Shown: positions 9,633-19,976, numbered from the stretch's first letter. The stretch: 54,547 nt of DNA from Candidatus Cloacimonadota bacterium (GCA_029565595.1 JAKQNV010000159.1:1-54547); one strand, 5' to 3'. Program-made: numbers and translations. Notes: generated from the letters alone by a model not told the origin.

Positions 9633-10140
9633 CCCACGCGTCACCCTGATCGCCGCCCTGGACCGTAATCGCCTGATCGGCAGCCGGAATCGCCTGCCCT
9701 GGCATATCCCTGAGGACTTTGCCTGGTTCCGCCAGAAAACCCTTGGCCACACCGTCATCATGGGCAAAAATACCTGGCTCTCGCTGGGACGTCCGTTGGA
9801 CCAGCGCACAAACATCGTGCTGACGCGCACTCCCGGATTCAGCGCGCCCGGAGCCATTGTCTGCAGAAGCGTCGAGGAATGTCTGGATGCCTGCGGTCCC
9901 GATGAGTGCTTCGTTATCGGCGGCGCGCAGGTTTTTCGCCTTTTTCTTCCCATCGCGGCAAAACTCTGCCTAACCATGATCGATGCGGAGTTTGACGGCG
10001 ATACTTGGTTTCCGGACTACGATCCGCTGGACTGGGACATGGTCTTTTTCGAGACGCGGATCTCAGCGCAAAACGGCTATCGGCTCACATTCTCAGAATA
10101 TACGCGCAAAGGGCTTCACTCTGAACAGGGACCTGTTTAA
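9625..10140 (+). CDS. folA: Dihydrofolate reductase
   Basis: LIAA...IG..NRLPWHIPED, VIMGKNTW.S, RPL..RTNIVL, FVIGGAQ and GDTWFP. Start ATG 9625 overlaps the end of mlaF. Confidence 0.93.
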   Translation: MVDPRVTLIAALDRNRLIGSRNRLPWHIPEDFAWFRQKTLGHTVIMGKNTWLSLGRPLDQRTNIVLTRTPGFSAPGAIVCRSVEECLDACGPDECFVIGGAQVFRLFLPIAAKLCLTMIDAEFDGDTWFPDYDPLDWDMVFFETRISAQNGYRLTFSEYTRKGLHSEQGPV

Positions 10141-12062
10141 AACACCGCGGTGACGCGGTAGAAAGCCTGGCTCAGGTTTCCATTATCGGTAAATCCCGCT
10201 GCAGCGCTTGTACCCAGCAGGCCAAAACCGCCATTCGGAGAGCTTGACCGGTACACCTTGTAAGACGCGGCACCGGGCACAGGATTCCATTCCAAACGCA
10301 TACCATTCGTCACACGATAAATGTCTGTGATCACCGGCACATTGGCGCCCTGGACCTCCAGCGCCACAATAAATGAAGTTACCGGCTGCCAGGGATCGTT
10401 GGCGTGCAAAATGGCCAGGGCCTGATAAGTTCCCGGAGTAAGGCCTGCGGCGTCGAAATATCCTGTGACCTCCAAGCTGCTGCCGGGCTGGACTGTCCCG
10501 AATATAGGTATTACATTCAGCCAGGAGATCGGGGAAGGATTTTGAGGCAGGACTATCATGCCGGTCAGCTCGTGCGGCTCAGCGCCGTAAACATCTCCGT
10601 TGATTTGCCAGGGCAATACCAGATCGCCGGAATACGTGGCGGAAATTGAAACGCTGACATTGGCAGTGGCTGAATTTCCAGGATACACGACGCCCCAGCC
10701 GCCGGATTCGCCAAGCCAGTGGATCGTGATGCCGGTTCCGCTGGTTTGATCGGGGACCATGTCGCCGCCGCCGCCGCCGATGAAGTTGGTGGCGCTGTTG
10801 ACCGTGATCCCGGCCGGAAAGGACAGATAGACGTGTTTTAACCACTCGTCATCGGTGCCCCCGTTATAGAGTGTGAAAGTCCAGGTCAGTGATGTGCCGG
10901 GATCGTAGCAGCTTTGATCTATTGTCAGCGTGCTGCCCGCGATGCTTCTGCCATCCTTTGTGGCCAGACGATCCTCACGCTGCAAATCGCCCTCCCGGGT
11001 TGATTCTGATAATTCGATCTGATAATGGAGCGGACCGGTCCCGGTATTAAAAATGCTGAAGGAATCCGTGCCCTGCGCTCCGGGCTGGAGGGCCGCGAAC
11101 AGCGGAGTCCCGCTGAGGGACATCGTCGGTGGCGGAATGAGTTCCAACACTCCGACGCCGTAATGCGCCATATTGCTGTAAGAACCGCCCCAGGTCATGG
11201 AATGGATGTCATAATCCCAGGTGTTGAGGATGTAAATAGTGTCGCTGTCGCTTTCATAGCCGATGCCCACCATTGAATGGCCTTCGACCTGGATCATAAC
11301 GGGGATTCCGGCGTTGATGGAAGCCCTGAACTGGTCGAGCGTGTAGCCGTTGGTGTTGCCGCCCCAACCGAGGATGTCCTGGTTGTAATTAAGGCTGACG
11401 CCATAGCCGCGGGATTCGAAGAAAAGGCGCAGGCCGTGCATGCCGTCGCGGAAATAGGGCGGGCCGCCGGTCCCGTCGGAGGGATCATAAAATGGGGAAC
11501 CATCCACCCAATAGACAAAGCTCGTACTGCCGTCGCCGTTTCCCCACCATTGCTGATTGGTGCCCATGTAATCAGCTGTGCAGCCAAAATAGGTTCCCGT
11601 GGGATCTCCCGGTCCGAAGGGATCGTCACCGCTGTTGTTGGTCCAGAAACGTTCCACGTGGCCGGGGGAGGAAAGCCCGTCGTAGCTCTGGTGCGTGGCG
11701 CTGAGCGGGCATTCGCCCGGACCCCAGACGCTGTTGTTGAGCGGCATCTGGCCTCCGTTGGTGGGACCGGTGTAAGTGTGGTTGAAAATCCCGCGGTCAT
11801 ACCAGGCGGCCATCATCGCCGCGGAAGTGGCGGAACAACCGTAACACCAATCGAAAGCGGGCACGCCGCTAAGAATGACGGCGGATCTGGTGGGCACGGC
11901 TACCGGCCCGGGGATCCTTTTTTCGACAGGGATGCCGGGCACGCTGACCCGTTCCATGATGCGGCCGTCCGGTGCGGTCAGGGTTTCGCGGACATATTTG
12001 TGCAAGGCAAACAATGGAAACAGGAAAAGGCTGAAAAGAAGGATGAAGAGGGTTCTGCGCAT
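10137..12062 (-). CDS. Secreted papain-fold (C39/C10-like) cysteine peptidase with Ig-like domains and a C-terminal FN3-like domain
   Basis: Signal peptide; candidate catalytic Cys in WCYGCSATSAAM, His in GHSMVGIGY and Asn in ILNTW; beta-rich C-terminal modules. Confidence 0.7.
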   Translation of the reverse strand: MRRTLFILLFSLFLFPLFALHKYVRETLTAPDGRIMERVSVPGIPVEKRIPGPVAVPTRSAVILSGVPAFDWCYGCSATSAAMMAAWYDRGIFNHTYTGPTNGGQMPLNNSVWGPGECPLSATHQSYDGLSSPGHVERFWTNNSGDDPFGPGDPTGTYFGCTADYMGTNQQWWGNGDGSTSFVYWVDGSPFYDPSDGTGGPPYFRDGMHGLRLFFESRGYGVSLNYNQDILGWGGNTNGYTLDQFRASINAGIPVMIQVEGHSMVGIGYESDSDTIYILNTWDYDIHSMTWGGSYSNMAHYGVGVLELIPPPTMSLSGTPLFAALQPGAQGTDSFSIFNTGTGPLHYQIELSESTREGDLQREDRLATKDGRSIAGSTLTIDQSCYDPGTSLTWTFTLYNGGTDDEWLKHVYLSFPAGITVNSATNFIGGGGGDMVPDQTSGTGITIHWLGESGGWGVVYPGNSATANVSVSISATYSGDLVLPWQINGDVYGAEPHELTGMIVLPQNPSPISWLNVIPIFGTVQPGSSLEVTGYFDAAGLTPGTYQALAILHANDPWQPVTSFIVALEVQGANVPVITDIYRVTNGMRLEWNPVPGAASYKVYRSSSPNGGFGLLGTSAAAGFTDNGNLSQAFYRVTAVF

Positions 12063-12356
12063 GTTTTACTCCTTTCTGATGAGCAACGATGTAAAAAAGT
12101 GACTGATAGAAATCTCTCTGCCAGCTTGTCAAGGAATTTGTCCCGCGGCGCTAGTTTGACAAATATCGGAAAGGTTGAACTTTGCCAGACACTCGGATCA
12201 AAACTTCCGAAACCGACCCGGAAATATTGGCAGATCCCGCGAATCCAGGTCTAAAGCGGGAAAAATCAGGGCCAGCCATCCGGACGAGCAATTCCCTTGA
12301 CTGCTGAGCCTCGTGTAAAAAATGTCGTCAGATATCCTTTCCGAGGTATAGAGAAC

Positions 12357-14045
12357 ATGACCATAGAGAACAACGAAAAGCCTGCGGTTTCAAATTTCAT
12401 CCGCACGATCATCGACAATGACCTTGCTAGCAGCAAGCACACCAAGGTAGTGACCCGTTTCCCGCCTGAGCCAAACGGCTATTTGCACATTGGCCACGCC
12501 AAATCCATCTGCCTGAATTTCGGCTTGGCGCGTGATTACGGCGGAGTCTGCCACCTGCGTTTCGACGACACGAATCCCATCAAAGAGGATGTGGAATATG
12601 TAGATTCCATCCTCGCCGACGTGCGTTGGCTGGGCTTTGACTGGCAGGACAAGCTTTTCTACGCCTCGGATTATTTTGACCGGCTCTACGATTTTGCCGA
12701 ATTGCTCATCATGGAAGGCAAGGCCTATGTTTGCGACCTTTCGCAGGAGGAGATCCGCGAGCACCGCGGAACCCTGACCGTGCCCGGCAAGGACAGCCCC
12801 TACCGCGGCCGGACGCCTGCCGAAAACCTCGATCTTTTCCGCCGTATGCGGGAGGGGGAATTCGAGGAAGGGACCCGCTCCCTGCGGGCCAGGATCGACA
12901 TGGCGTCGCCCAACCTGAACATGCGCGACCCCGTCATCTACCGCATAAAAAAAGCGGAACACCACCGAACCGGCGATAAATGGCTGATCTACCCCATGTA
13001 CGATTACACGCATTGCATTTCCGACGCGCTGGAAGGCATCACGCATTCCATTTGCACGCTGGAGTTTGAAGACCACCGTCCGCTCTACGACTGGTTTTTA
13101 GACCAACTTCCGGTCCCCTGCCATCCGCAGCAGATCGAATTTGCGCGCCTGAATCTCACCTACACGGTGATGAGCAAGCGCCGCCTTTTGGAACTGGTGC
13201 AAAAAGGAACGGTGCGGGGTTGGGACGATCCGCGCATGCCGACCATCGCCGGGATGCGGCGCCGCGGTTTTTCGCCGGAAGCGATCAGGGAATTCGCCGA
13301 CCGGATCGGGGTCGCCAAAGCGAATTCCATAGTCGATTTCGAACTGCTGCAGTTTTGCGTGCGCGAAGATCTGAACCGCCGCGCCAATCGCGTGATGGCC
13401 GTGCTCGATCCCATCAAACTGACCATCGAGGACTACCCCGAAGGAAAAACCGAGCTGCTGGAAGCGGAAAACAATCCCGAGGATCCCGCCGCCGGAAAGC
13501 GCCAGATACCTTTTTCCAGCACGCTCTACATCGAGCGCGACGATTTTGACGAAAACCCGCCCAAAGGCTGGTTCCGCCTGGCTCCGGGCGCCGAGGTGCG
13601 CCTCAAGCACGCCTACTATGTCACCTGCAAGGAAGTGAAAAAAGACGCCGACGGACGTGTGACAGAACTGATCTGCACCCACGATCCCGCTTCCAGAGGG
13701 GGCTGGACCGCCGACGGACGCAAAATCAAAGGCACGCTGCACTGGGTGAGCGCGGAACACTCGATCCCAGCGGAACTGAGGCTTTACGACCAACTCTTTA
13801 CCATCGCCGATTTCAACGACATGGAAGAGGGCAAGGATTTCGAGGATTACCTCAATCCCGATTCCCTCAGCGTGAAAACCGGTTGCCGGGTCGAACCCTC
13901 ATTGGCTCAGGCCTCCCGCGGCGAACGTTTCCAATTTTTACGCCTGGGCTATTTCAATGTGGACGACGATTCCACGCCCGAGCATTTGGTCTTCAACCGC
14001 ATCGTGACCTTAAAGGACAGTTGGGCCAGGCAACAGAACAAGTGA
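12357..14045 (+). CDS. glnS: Glutamine--tRNA ligase
   Basis: [47 protein letters not shown] and FQFLRLGYF. Start set at ATG 12357 after GAGG. Confidence 0.96.
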   Translation: MTIENNEKPAVSNFIRTIIDNDLASSKHTKVVTRFPPEPNGYLHIGHAKSICLNFGLARDYGGVCHLRFDDTNPIKEDVEYVDSILADVRWLGFDWQDKLFYASDYFDRLYDFAELLIMEGKAYVCDLSQEEIREHRGTLTVPGKDSPYRGRTPAENLDLFRRMREGEFEEGTRSLRARIDMASPNLNMRDPVIYRIKKAEHHRTGDKWLIYPMYDYTHCISDALEGITHSICTLEFEDHRPLYDWFLDQLPVPCHPQQIEFARLNLTYTVMSKRRLLELVQKGTVRGWDDPRMPTIAGMRRRGFSPEAIREFADRIGVAKANSIVDFELLQFCVREDLNRRANRVMAVLDPIKLTIEDYPEGKTELLEAENNPEDPAAGKRQIPFSSTLYIERDDFDENPPKGWFRLAPGAEVRLKHAYYVTCKEVKKDADGRVTELICTHDPASRGGWTADGRKIKGTLHWVSAEHSIPAELRLYDQLFTIADFNDMEEGKDFEDYLNPDSLSVKTGCRVEPSLAQASRGERFQFLRLGYFNVDDDSTPEHLVFNRIVTLKDSWARQQNK

Positions 14046-14156
14046 GGCCAGAGAGGATCCTTCCCAAGTTCCAGAAACTTCACCGACAGCAAATATCTTG
14101 ACAGAAAAAGCGGCGCAGCTTATTCAGGCTAAAGTCCCAATTCTTTGGGAGGAAAG

Positions 14157-14711
14157 ATGAAAAAGTACGTGCTAATCATTTTGGTTTTGTCGCTGGCAAT
14201 GGGTGCTGTTACGTTACGAGCGGAAGGCTGGCGCAAATACAAGAACTCCAAATTCGGCTTCAGCCTGAGCTATCCTGCGGAATGGGAAAAAGGGGACAAC
14301 GCTGAGGCTGTTTTGGCCCTGACCAATCCGGACGAAGAACACACTGCGGATTTCACCGTCGTGGCCGACATCCTGACCGACGCGGATTGGGAAGCCGGTT
14401 TCGAGGCCGTGGCGGACGAAGTGGTCGCCAAAACCCAGGCCGCGGCAGAGGAATCGGCGCTGGCGGACCTGGAGGTCACGGACCGCGGCGAGATCGAGGT
14501 CAACGGCGTTCCGGCTTACAAACTCAGCCTGATGTCCAATCTTTTAGGCTTGATCAATTACCGTCAGGACATGTTTTTCGTGCGCAACGGAAATTGCCTG
14601 ATCCTGCTCTCCTTCGCAGCTGAAGAGGAAGCGTTTGACTACAATTCCGAAAGCTTCGCCGGTGTCAGAGACAGCTTCAAACTGACGGGCAAGCCCCGCA
14701 AGAATAAATAA
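14157..14711 (+). CDS. Secreted/periplasmic PsbP/DcrB-like (alpha-beta sandwich) protein, paralog 1
   Basis: GGAGG RBS, signal peptide, Y.N..FGFSLSYP..W motif and VNGVPAY. Ends with F......SF. Confidence 0.6.
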   Translation: MKKYVLIILVLSLAMGAVTLRAEGWRKYKNSKFGFSLSYPAEWEKGDNAEAVLALTNPDEEHTADFTVVADILTDADWEAGFEAVADEVVAKTQAAAEESALADLEVTDRGEIEVNGVPAYKLSLMSNLLGLINYRQDMFFVRNGNCLILLSFAAEEEAFDYNSESFAGVRDSFKLTGKPRKNK

Positions 14712-14826
14712 CACTGAGAACGGCCCAGCAAGGGGAAAAAATCGCCAGACTCCGAACACTTCTTTGCGGGATTGGCGGCTTCCGCTTGTATAAAGATAAA
14801 ATCCATACCAACATAAGGAAACATAA

Positions 14827-15360
14827 ATGAAGAAAGCGTTCTTTTTGATGATCCTGTTTATCGCGGTTATCGCTCTTCCGGCCTGGGCCGAGGGCATGAA
14901 AACCTACACCAACGAGCAATACGGCTACAGCCTCCAGTATCCCGAGAGTTGGGATAAACAACTCGAGGAACTTTCGATCTTCACGATCACTTGTTTGGAA
15001 GAGGAGATGCCGGTGGTCATTTCAGCTGTGGGCGATGATCTCTCCGCGGAAGACCTGGCCATGGACTACAACAGCCTGATGGAAAAATCGGTCGCGGACA
15101 TGCGCAGCCAACTTGAGGAAGCGGGAATGGGACTGGTCACCGTGACAGCCTCCGGACCTGACACCGTGAACGCGCTGCCGGCCTACAAATTGGACATGCA
15201 GGTCAAGATCATGGATCTGATTACCATGAAAAACAGCAATGTGATTGTCAAAAACGGAGACAGCATCATCGTCCTATCCCTCACCGCGGAAGACAGCGTT
15301 TTCGATAAATACGCGCCCGTCTGGGAGGCCGTGAAAAACAGTTTGCAGCTGACCCGCTAA
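14827..15360 (+). CDS. Secreted/periplasmic PsbP/DcrB-like protein, paralog 2
   Basis: AAGGA RBS, signal peptide, YTNEQYGYSLQYPESW and VNALPAYKL. Colinear with the upstream paralog. Confidence 0.6.
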   Translation: MKKAFFLMILFIAVIALPAWAEGMKTYTNEQYGYSLQYPESWDKQLEELSIFTITCLEEEMPVVISAVGDDLSAEDLAMDYNSLMEKSVADMRSQLEEAGMGLVTVTASGPDTVNALPAYKLDMQVKIMDLITMKNSNVIVKNGDSIIVLSLTAEDSVFDKYAPVWEAVKNSLQLTR

Positions 15361-15615
15361 GGTTTTTCCCCCGGTTTTTCGGCCCTTTCTCCCTCCCTGA
15401 CAGCCGGATCATGCACTACTGAAAGATAACGCACCGAGTTCCCGCCAGCTCTGCTGGAACTCTGCGGATAGTCTGGGGGAAGTACTGAGGACAGACAAAA
15501 GGGCGGATCAAGCTGGTAAAAATCCCGAGCTGCCGGGCTGATGACGTTGAGGCCAGGAGAACCTGGGCAATATCTACCCTCACGGAAGACCACAAACCTA
15601 TCAAGCCATATAAAT

Positions 15616-15646
15616 AAAAACGCGCCTCCGAAAACCGGGGGCGCGT
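15616..15646 (-). terminator. Intrinsic terminator (possibly bidirectional)
   Basis: Stem ACGCGCCTCCG/CGGGGGCGCGT followed by a T-run on the minus strand, downstream of gene 15671-16528. Confidence 0.65.
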
Positions 15647-15670
15647 CTCTTTATCCTAAGTTAACTATTT

Positions 15671-16528
15671 TCAGGGAGTTTCCACAGAACAATTGACGAT
15701 CAAGATGTCGTCCAATTTGCCGCCTGTGCCCTGCACGATGCCAGCGACGGTCACGCGGTCTCCAACCTTGTATTTCGCGGTCTGCGAGGCAGTTTCCGCG
15801 CTTCCGAAATTGCATTGGACGGTTTCCTTTTCCAGTTCCTCGCTGATCTTGTTCAGGGATTTAAAGATAACTGCGCTGCCGCCTTCCGGAAGAGATTTGA
15901 TGTCGTAGATCTCGCCGGTGAGGCGGACCAGTTTGTTCTTGAACCTTTCGTCCGCGGCATATCCGTTTTTATTGTATTGATCAAGCAGTTCGTCGGGAGT
16001 GGTGGAAATGGCTTCGTTTCCGGGAACCTTGGGTTCCGCAACAGTGGCTGCCACCGCGGTCGTGTCAGCTGGGGCGGGAGGATTGATCAAAGGATTCAAA
16101 ACCGTGTAGAGGCCCCAAAGGATGGCCAGGCTGAGCAGACCGATCAACGCCCAAAACCACCAATGCCGGCTGATGGGCGCTCCGGCCTTTTCCCCCTCGG
16201 GCTTTTTGTCCGGCAGGGTGAAAAGCAAAAATCCCCCGATGATGGAAAAGATCATGCAAATGTCGATGAAGGTCCCGCCGAAAATGATCCCCGCAAAAGC
16301 CGCCACCAGGATCGCCACGCCCGCTATTTTAGGTTGAAAGGAAAGCGAAATGAAAGCCAGGATAATGATGACCAGTGACAGGATCGTACCGATGGATACA
16401 AAACCGGTCGCGGCCGAGTATTCCACCCGCCAGACCTCGTTCATGCCGTGCACGAAAAGAGTTCCGATCCCGGCCAGGATGACCAGTATCCCCCCGATCA
16501 GGGCCAAAATGCTGCCAGTTGTCTTCAT
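15671..16528 (-). CDS. Membrane protein with a C-terminal tRNA_anti-like OB-fold domain
   Basis: About five hydrophobic segments, then LLDQY..N..AADERFKNKLVRLTGEI and KVGDRVTVAGIV, typical of tRNA_anti-like OB folds. GAGGAG RBS. Confidence 0.65.
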   Translation of the reverse strand: MKTTGSILALIGGILVILAGIGTLFVHGMNEVWRVEYSAATGFVSIGTILSLVIIILAFISLSFQPKIAGVAILVAAFAGIIFGGTFIDICMIFSIIGGFLLFTLPDKKPEGEKAGAPISRHWWFWALIGLLSLAILWGLYTVLNPLINPPAPADTTAVAATVAEPKVPGNEAISTTPDELLDQYNKNGYAADERFKNKLVRLTGEIYDIKSLPEGGSAVIFKSLNKISEELEKETVQCNFGSAETASQTAKYKVGDRVTVAGIVQGTGGKLDDILIVNCSVETP

Positions 16529-16675
16529 GAAAACTCCTCAGGCAAATTATTATTCCATGACAAAGCTCCCTTGCCCGATGTCAATCTTTTTTTTGCCGTT
16601 GCGGGAAAAAAGGGCAAGGTGGAAAAAAGCGTGGACAATTTTCGCGGAGCACGGACACTGGAATCGGAGGTAGAA

Positions 16676-16924
16676 ATGATCTACAAAGTCATCCTCATCA
16701 AAATCGACCACCGCAGCACGGAGGCGGTGAAAATCCAGTCCATCCTCACGGATTACGGCTGCAACATCAAGGTCCGCCTGGGCCTGCACGAAGTTTCCAA
16801 GGAATTCTGCGCCAACGACGGACTGATCGTCCTCGAAGTCGATGGCGACAAGCGGACACTGAACAAAATGATCAAGCTGCTCAACGCCGTGGAATACGTC
16901 CAGGCGCAGCTGATCGAGATGTAG
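16676..16924 (+). CDS. Small ACT/NikR-C-like protein (TM1266 'iron-only hydrogenase system regulator'-like)
   Basis: 82 aa after a GGAGG RBS; motif KIQSILTDYGCNIKVRLGLHE...GLIVLEV. Confidence 0.7.
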   Translation: MIYKVILIKIDHRSTEAVKIQSILTDYGCNIKVRLGLHEVSKEFCANDGLIVLEVDGDKRTLNKMIKLLNAVEYVQAQLIEM

Positions 16925-16979
16925 CCTCCGCCCGAAACCCTTCAGCGCCCGCGCAGAAAGATCCTCCGCTTGTTCCGCT

Positions 16980-18584
16980 TTACGGGACGAGCTGCGAGTC
17001 GGTGGCCTCGATGAATTTGGCGAGGTTTTCGTCCATTTTCTTCAGGTCTTCCACAGTCATGCGTTTGATCTCCACCTGCGTGGGCGCTGCGCTTTCCACC
17101 AAAACGAATTCCAGCCGCGGCGCGGGGGTGAAGATCTCCGCCAGGATCTGTTGGATTTCCTCTTTCTTCGGTTGCAGCATGTTCAGATAGGTACTGCCTT
17201 CGACGCGCAGGATGAGTTTGGCGCCGTCGGCTTCACCTGAGCACCGCGCGAGGGCGATCCCGCTTCCGGAGGTAGTCGCCGCCTTGATACGCGCTACAAT
17301 GCGGTCCCAGGCTTTGGCCAGGTTTTCCGGATTGAAGGTCAGTTTCGCGGTTGTCTCCGGTTCCGCTGCGTGGACCGGCGCGGCTTTCTTTTCCTGGACC
17401 GACGGGCTCGCAGGCCTGACAGGCGTGTAAGCCGGTTTGGCGGCCTGCGTTGAGATCTGCCCGCCTCCGGAAAGTTTGGCCAGGATCTGCGCGACATCCT
17501 GGATCTCGTCCATCCGGCAAAGCTTGACCATCACCATTTCCAGGATCAGGTAGGGATTTCCGCTGCCCTTGAGGTCGGCGCGGGTCTGCATCAGATAGCT
17601 CATGATATACATCAGCTCGTTCTGGCTGAAGAGTTCGGCGATCTCGTCGTAGGCGGGATATTCCTCCGCCGTGATTTCCGGCGGATTCATCCGCAGTTTG
17701 CGCAGTATCACGATGCGCAGGAATTCCAGCATGCTGTTCACCAGCTCCGTGAGATCCGTCCCGTGTTCGAAGATGCGCTGCAATTCCGCCAGCAGCGCAG
17801 GATTGTCCTTCGCCTTGATCAATTTCATCAGGTCGCAGTAGACTTGCGTGGGAATGATCCCGAAAATTTCGCGCACCTTGTCGATCGTGACCTGGTTCAG
17901 GCTGTAAGAAAGCACCTGGTCGAGCAAGGAAAGCGCGTCGCGCAGGCTGCCGTCGGCTTTACGGGCGATCATGTGCAGGGATTCGGCATCGATCTCGATC
18001 TTCTCTTCACGGGTCAGTTCTTTTAATCTCTTGACGATGGAATCGATGGGAATGCGTTTGAAATCGTAGCGCTGGCAGCGTGAAATGATCGTCGGCAGGA
18101 CTTTGTAGGGTTCCGTGGTGGCGAAAATGAAGAGCACGTTGTCCGGCGGTTCTTCCAACGTCTTGAGCAGCGCGTTGAAGGCGTTTTTGGAGAGCATGTG
18201 CACTTCGTCGATGATGTAGATTTTATATGGGGATTGGCTGGGGGCGTAGATGAGTTCTTTTTGCAGTTCGCGGACATCGTCCACGCTGGTGTTTGAGGCG
18301 CCGTCGATCTCGATCACGTCCGGCGAGGTCCCAGCTGTGATTTCCAGGCAGTTGTGGCACTTGTTGCACGGCGTAACGGTCGGGCCTTCCACGCAGTTGA
18401 GGTTTTTGGCCATGATCCGCGCCATCGAGGTCTTCCCCACTCCGCGCGGCCCTGTGAAAAGATACGCGTGGGCAATGCGGCTGGACACGATCGCGTTGTG
18501 TAAAATTTCGGTTATGTGTTCCTGCGCGTAGACCTCAGCGAAGGTCTGCGGCCGGTATTTTCTGGCAAGTACGATATAGCTCAT
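16980..18584 (-). CDS. dnaX: DNA polymerase III subunit gamma/tau
   Basis: LARKYRPQTF, GPRGVGKT, Zn-binding CxxCxxC, EIDGASN, IDEVHMLS, NALLKTLEEPP and SRCQ. Confidence 0.97.
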   Translation of the reverse strand: MSYIVLARKYRPQTFAEVYAQEHITEILHNAIVSSRIAHAYLFTGPRGVGKTSMARIMAKNLNCVEGPTVTPCNKCHNCLEITAGTSPDVIEIDGASNTSVDDVRELQKELIYAPSQSPYKIYIIDEVHMLSKNAFNALLKTLEEPPDNVLFIFATTEPYKVLPTIISRCQRYDFKRIPIDSIVKRLKELTREEKIEIDAESLHMIARKADGSLRDALSLLDQVLSYSLNQVTIDKVREIFGIIPTQVYCDLMKLIKAKDNPALLAELQRIFEHGTDLTELVNSMLEFLRIVILRKLRMNPPEITAEEYPAYDEIAELFSQNELMYIMSYLMQTRADLKGSGNPYLILEMVMVKLCRMDEIQDVAQILAKLSGGGQISTQAAKPAYTPVRPASPSVQEKKAAPVHAAEPETTAKLTFNPENLAKAWDRIVARIKAATTSGSGIALARCSGEADGAKLILRVEGSTYLNMLQPKKEEIQQILAEIFTPAPRLEFVLVESAAPTQVEIKRMTVEDLKKMDENLAKFIEATDSQLVP

Positions 18585-18752
18585 GAGTGCTTCCTTAAAC
18601 TCATACTTTTATGGCTGGCTTTTTAGGCAAGCATTTTCTGCTGGACAAATACGCGTCCTGTTTAATGTGGATTTCAGTCGGTTGGAGCGCTTTCCGGCGC
18701 TTTGGAACCGGCTGAGCGGGCATCTAAAATCACATGATTTGCGAGGTTCAAA

Positions 18753-19976
18753 ATGAAATTGGAAGGAAAAGTCGTGATTGCCCAGGGTGGCGGTCCCACT
18801 GCGGTGATCAACCAGTCCCTGGTCGGCGTAACTTTGGAAGCGCGGAAATTTCCGCAGGTGACGCGGGTTTACGGAGCACTTTTTGGCGTGCAGGGGATCG
18901 TTAACGAACAATTTATCGACCTGACGCAGGAAACCACCCACAATTTGGAGCAGGTGGCGGACACCCCCTCCTCGGCGCTGCTCTCCACGCGTGACAAGCC
19001 GGACGAAGCCTATTGTAAGGAAATTTTCAAGGTCCTCAAAGCCCACGACGCGCGCTACTTTTTCTACATCGGCGGCAACGACTCCGCGGACACCGTGCGC
19101 ATCGTCAATGAGCAGGCCCAGCGCGCGGATTATGAATTCCGCGCCATCCACATTCCCAAAACGATCGACAACGACCTCGTCCTCAACGACCACACCCCCG
19201 GATACGGCTCAGCGGCAAGGTTCGTGGCCTCGGCCTTCACCGGCGTCAACCTGGACAACCGGGCTTTGCCAGGCGTTTACATTGGCGTCGTGATGGGACG
19301 CCACGCCGGATTCCTCACAGCGGCCAGCGCTTTGGCACAGAAATATCCGGACGACGGGCCCCACCTTATCTACGTTCCGGAACGGCCGTTCAGCGAAGAG
19401 GCTTTTTTACGCGACGTGCAGAGGGTTTACAACGAACTGGGCCGCTGCGTGGTCGCCGTTTCCGAAGGGATCGTGGATGACAAAGGCACTCCGATGATGA
19501 CCATTCTCACCAAAAACACCGAAACCGACGCCCACGGCAACGTCCAACTCTCCGGAACGGGCATGCTCGGCGATTTGCTTTGCGACCTCGTGAAGAGCAA
19601 ACTCAAGATCAAGCGCGTCCGCTCGGATACCTTCGGCTATCTCCAAAGATCTTTCCTGGGCTGCGTTTCAGACGTTGACCAGCGCGAAGCCCGCGAGGTC
19701 GGTGAACGCGCCGCGCATTACGCCATCTGGTACAAACTGGACGGCTCGATCTCCATCCAGCGCACTGGCTTTTACTCGGTGAACTACCAATTGGAAAAGC
19801 TCTCCGACGTCGCCCGCAAGACCCGTCACATGCCGGATGAGTTTCTCAACGAATTTGGCAACGGCGTCACCGACGACTTTAAATACTATCTGAGGCCGCT
19901 GCTGGGAGCGGGTTTTCCCGCCGCCCACCGGCTCCGCGCGCCGCAGGTGGCAAAGTTGCTCGATGGAAACTCTTGA
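18753..19976 (+). CDS. pfp: Phosphofructokinase, probably PPi-dependent (short clade)
   Basis: QGGGPTAVIN, IGGNDS (Asp at the PPi-specificity position), PKTIDND, MGRHAG, SEG and GYLQR. Confidence 0.85.
   Translation: MKLEGKVVIAQGGGPTAVINQSLVGVTLEARKFPQVTRVYGALFGVQGIVNEQFIDLTQETTHNLEQVADTPSSALLSTRDKPDEAYCKEIFKVLKAHDARYFFYIGGNDSADTVRIVNEQAQRADYEFRAIHIPKTIDNDLVLNDHTPGYGSAARFVASAFTGVNLDNRALPGVYIGVVMGRHAGFLTAASALAQKYPDDGPHLIYVPERPFSEEAFLRDVQRVYNELGRCVVAVSEGIVDDKGTPMMTILTKNTETDAHGNVQLSGTGMLGDLLCDLVKSKLKIKRVRSDTFGYLQRSFLGCVSDVDQREAREVGERAAHYAIWYKLDGSISIQRTGFYSVNYQLEKLSDVARKTRHMPDEFLNEFGNGVTDDFKYYLRPLLGAGFPAAHRLRAPQVAKLLDGNS

Noticed and set aside
15361-15610. 250-nt intergenic stretch with hairpin GAGTTCC/GGAACTC as a possible ncRNA
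   Set aside because: No RNase P, tmRNA, SRP or 6S signature on either strand, and a single hairpin is insufficient evidence.
17375-17400. Programmed -1 frameshift in dnaX (gamma/tau)
   Set aside because: The linker reads GAA AAG AAA, not the A AAA AAG slippery heptamer, and I saw no long A-run for slippage there.
18666-18735. Hairpin between dnaX and pfp as SRP RNA (often found upstream of dnaX)
   Set aside because: It lacks the SRP domain IV CAGG...GNRA...AGCAG motif; likely just a leader hairpin.
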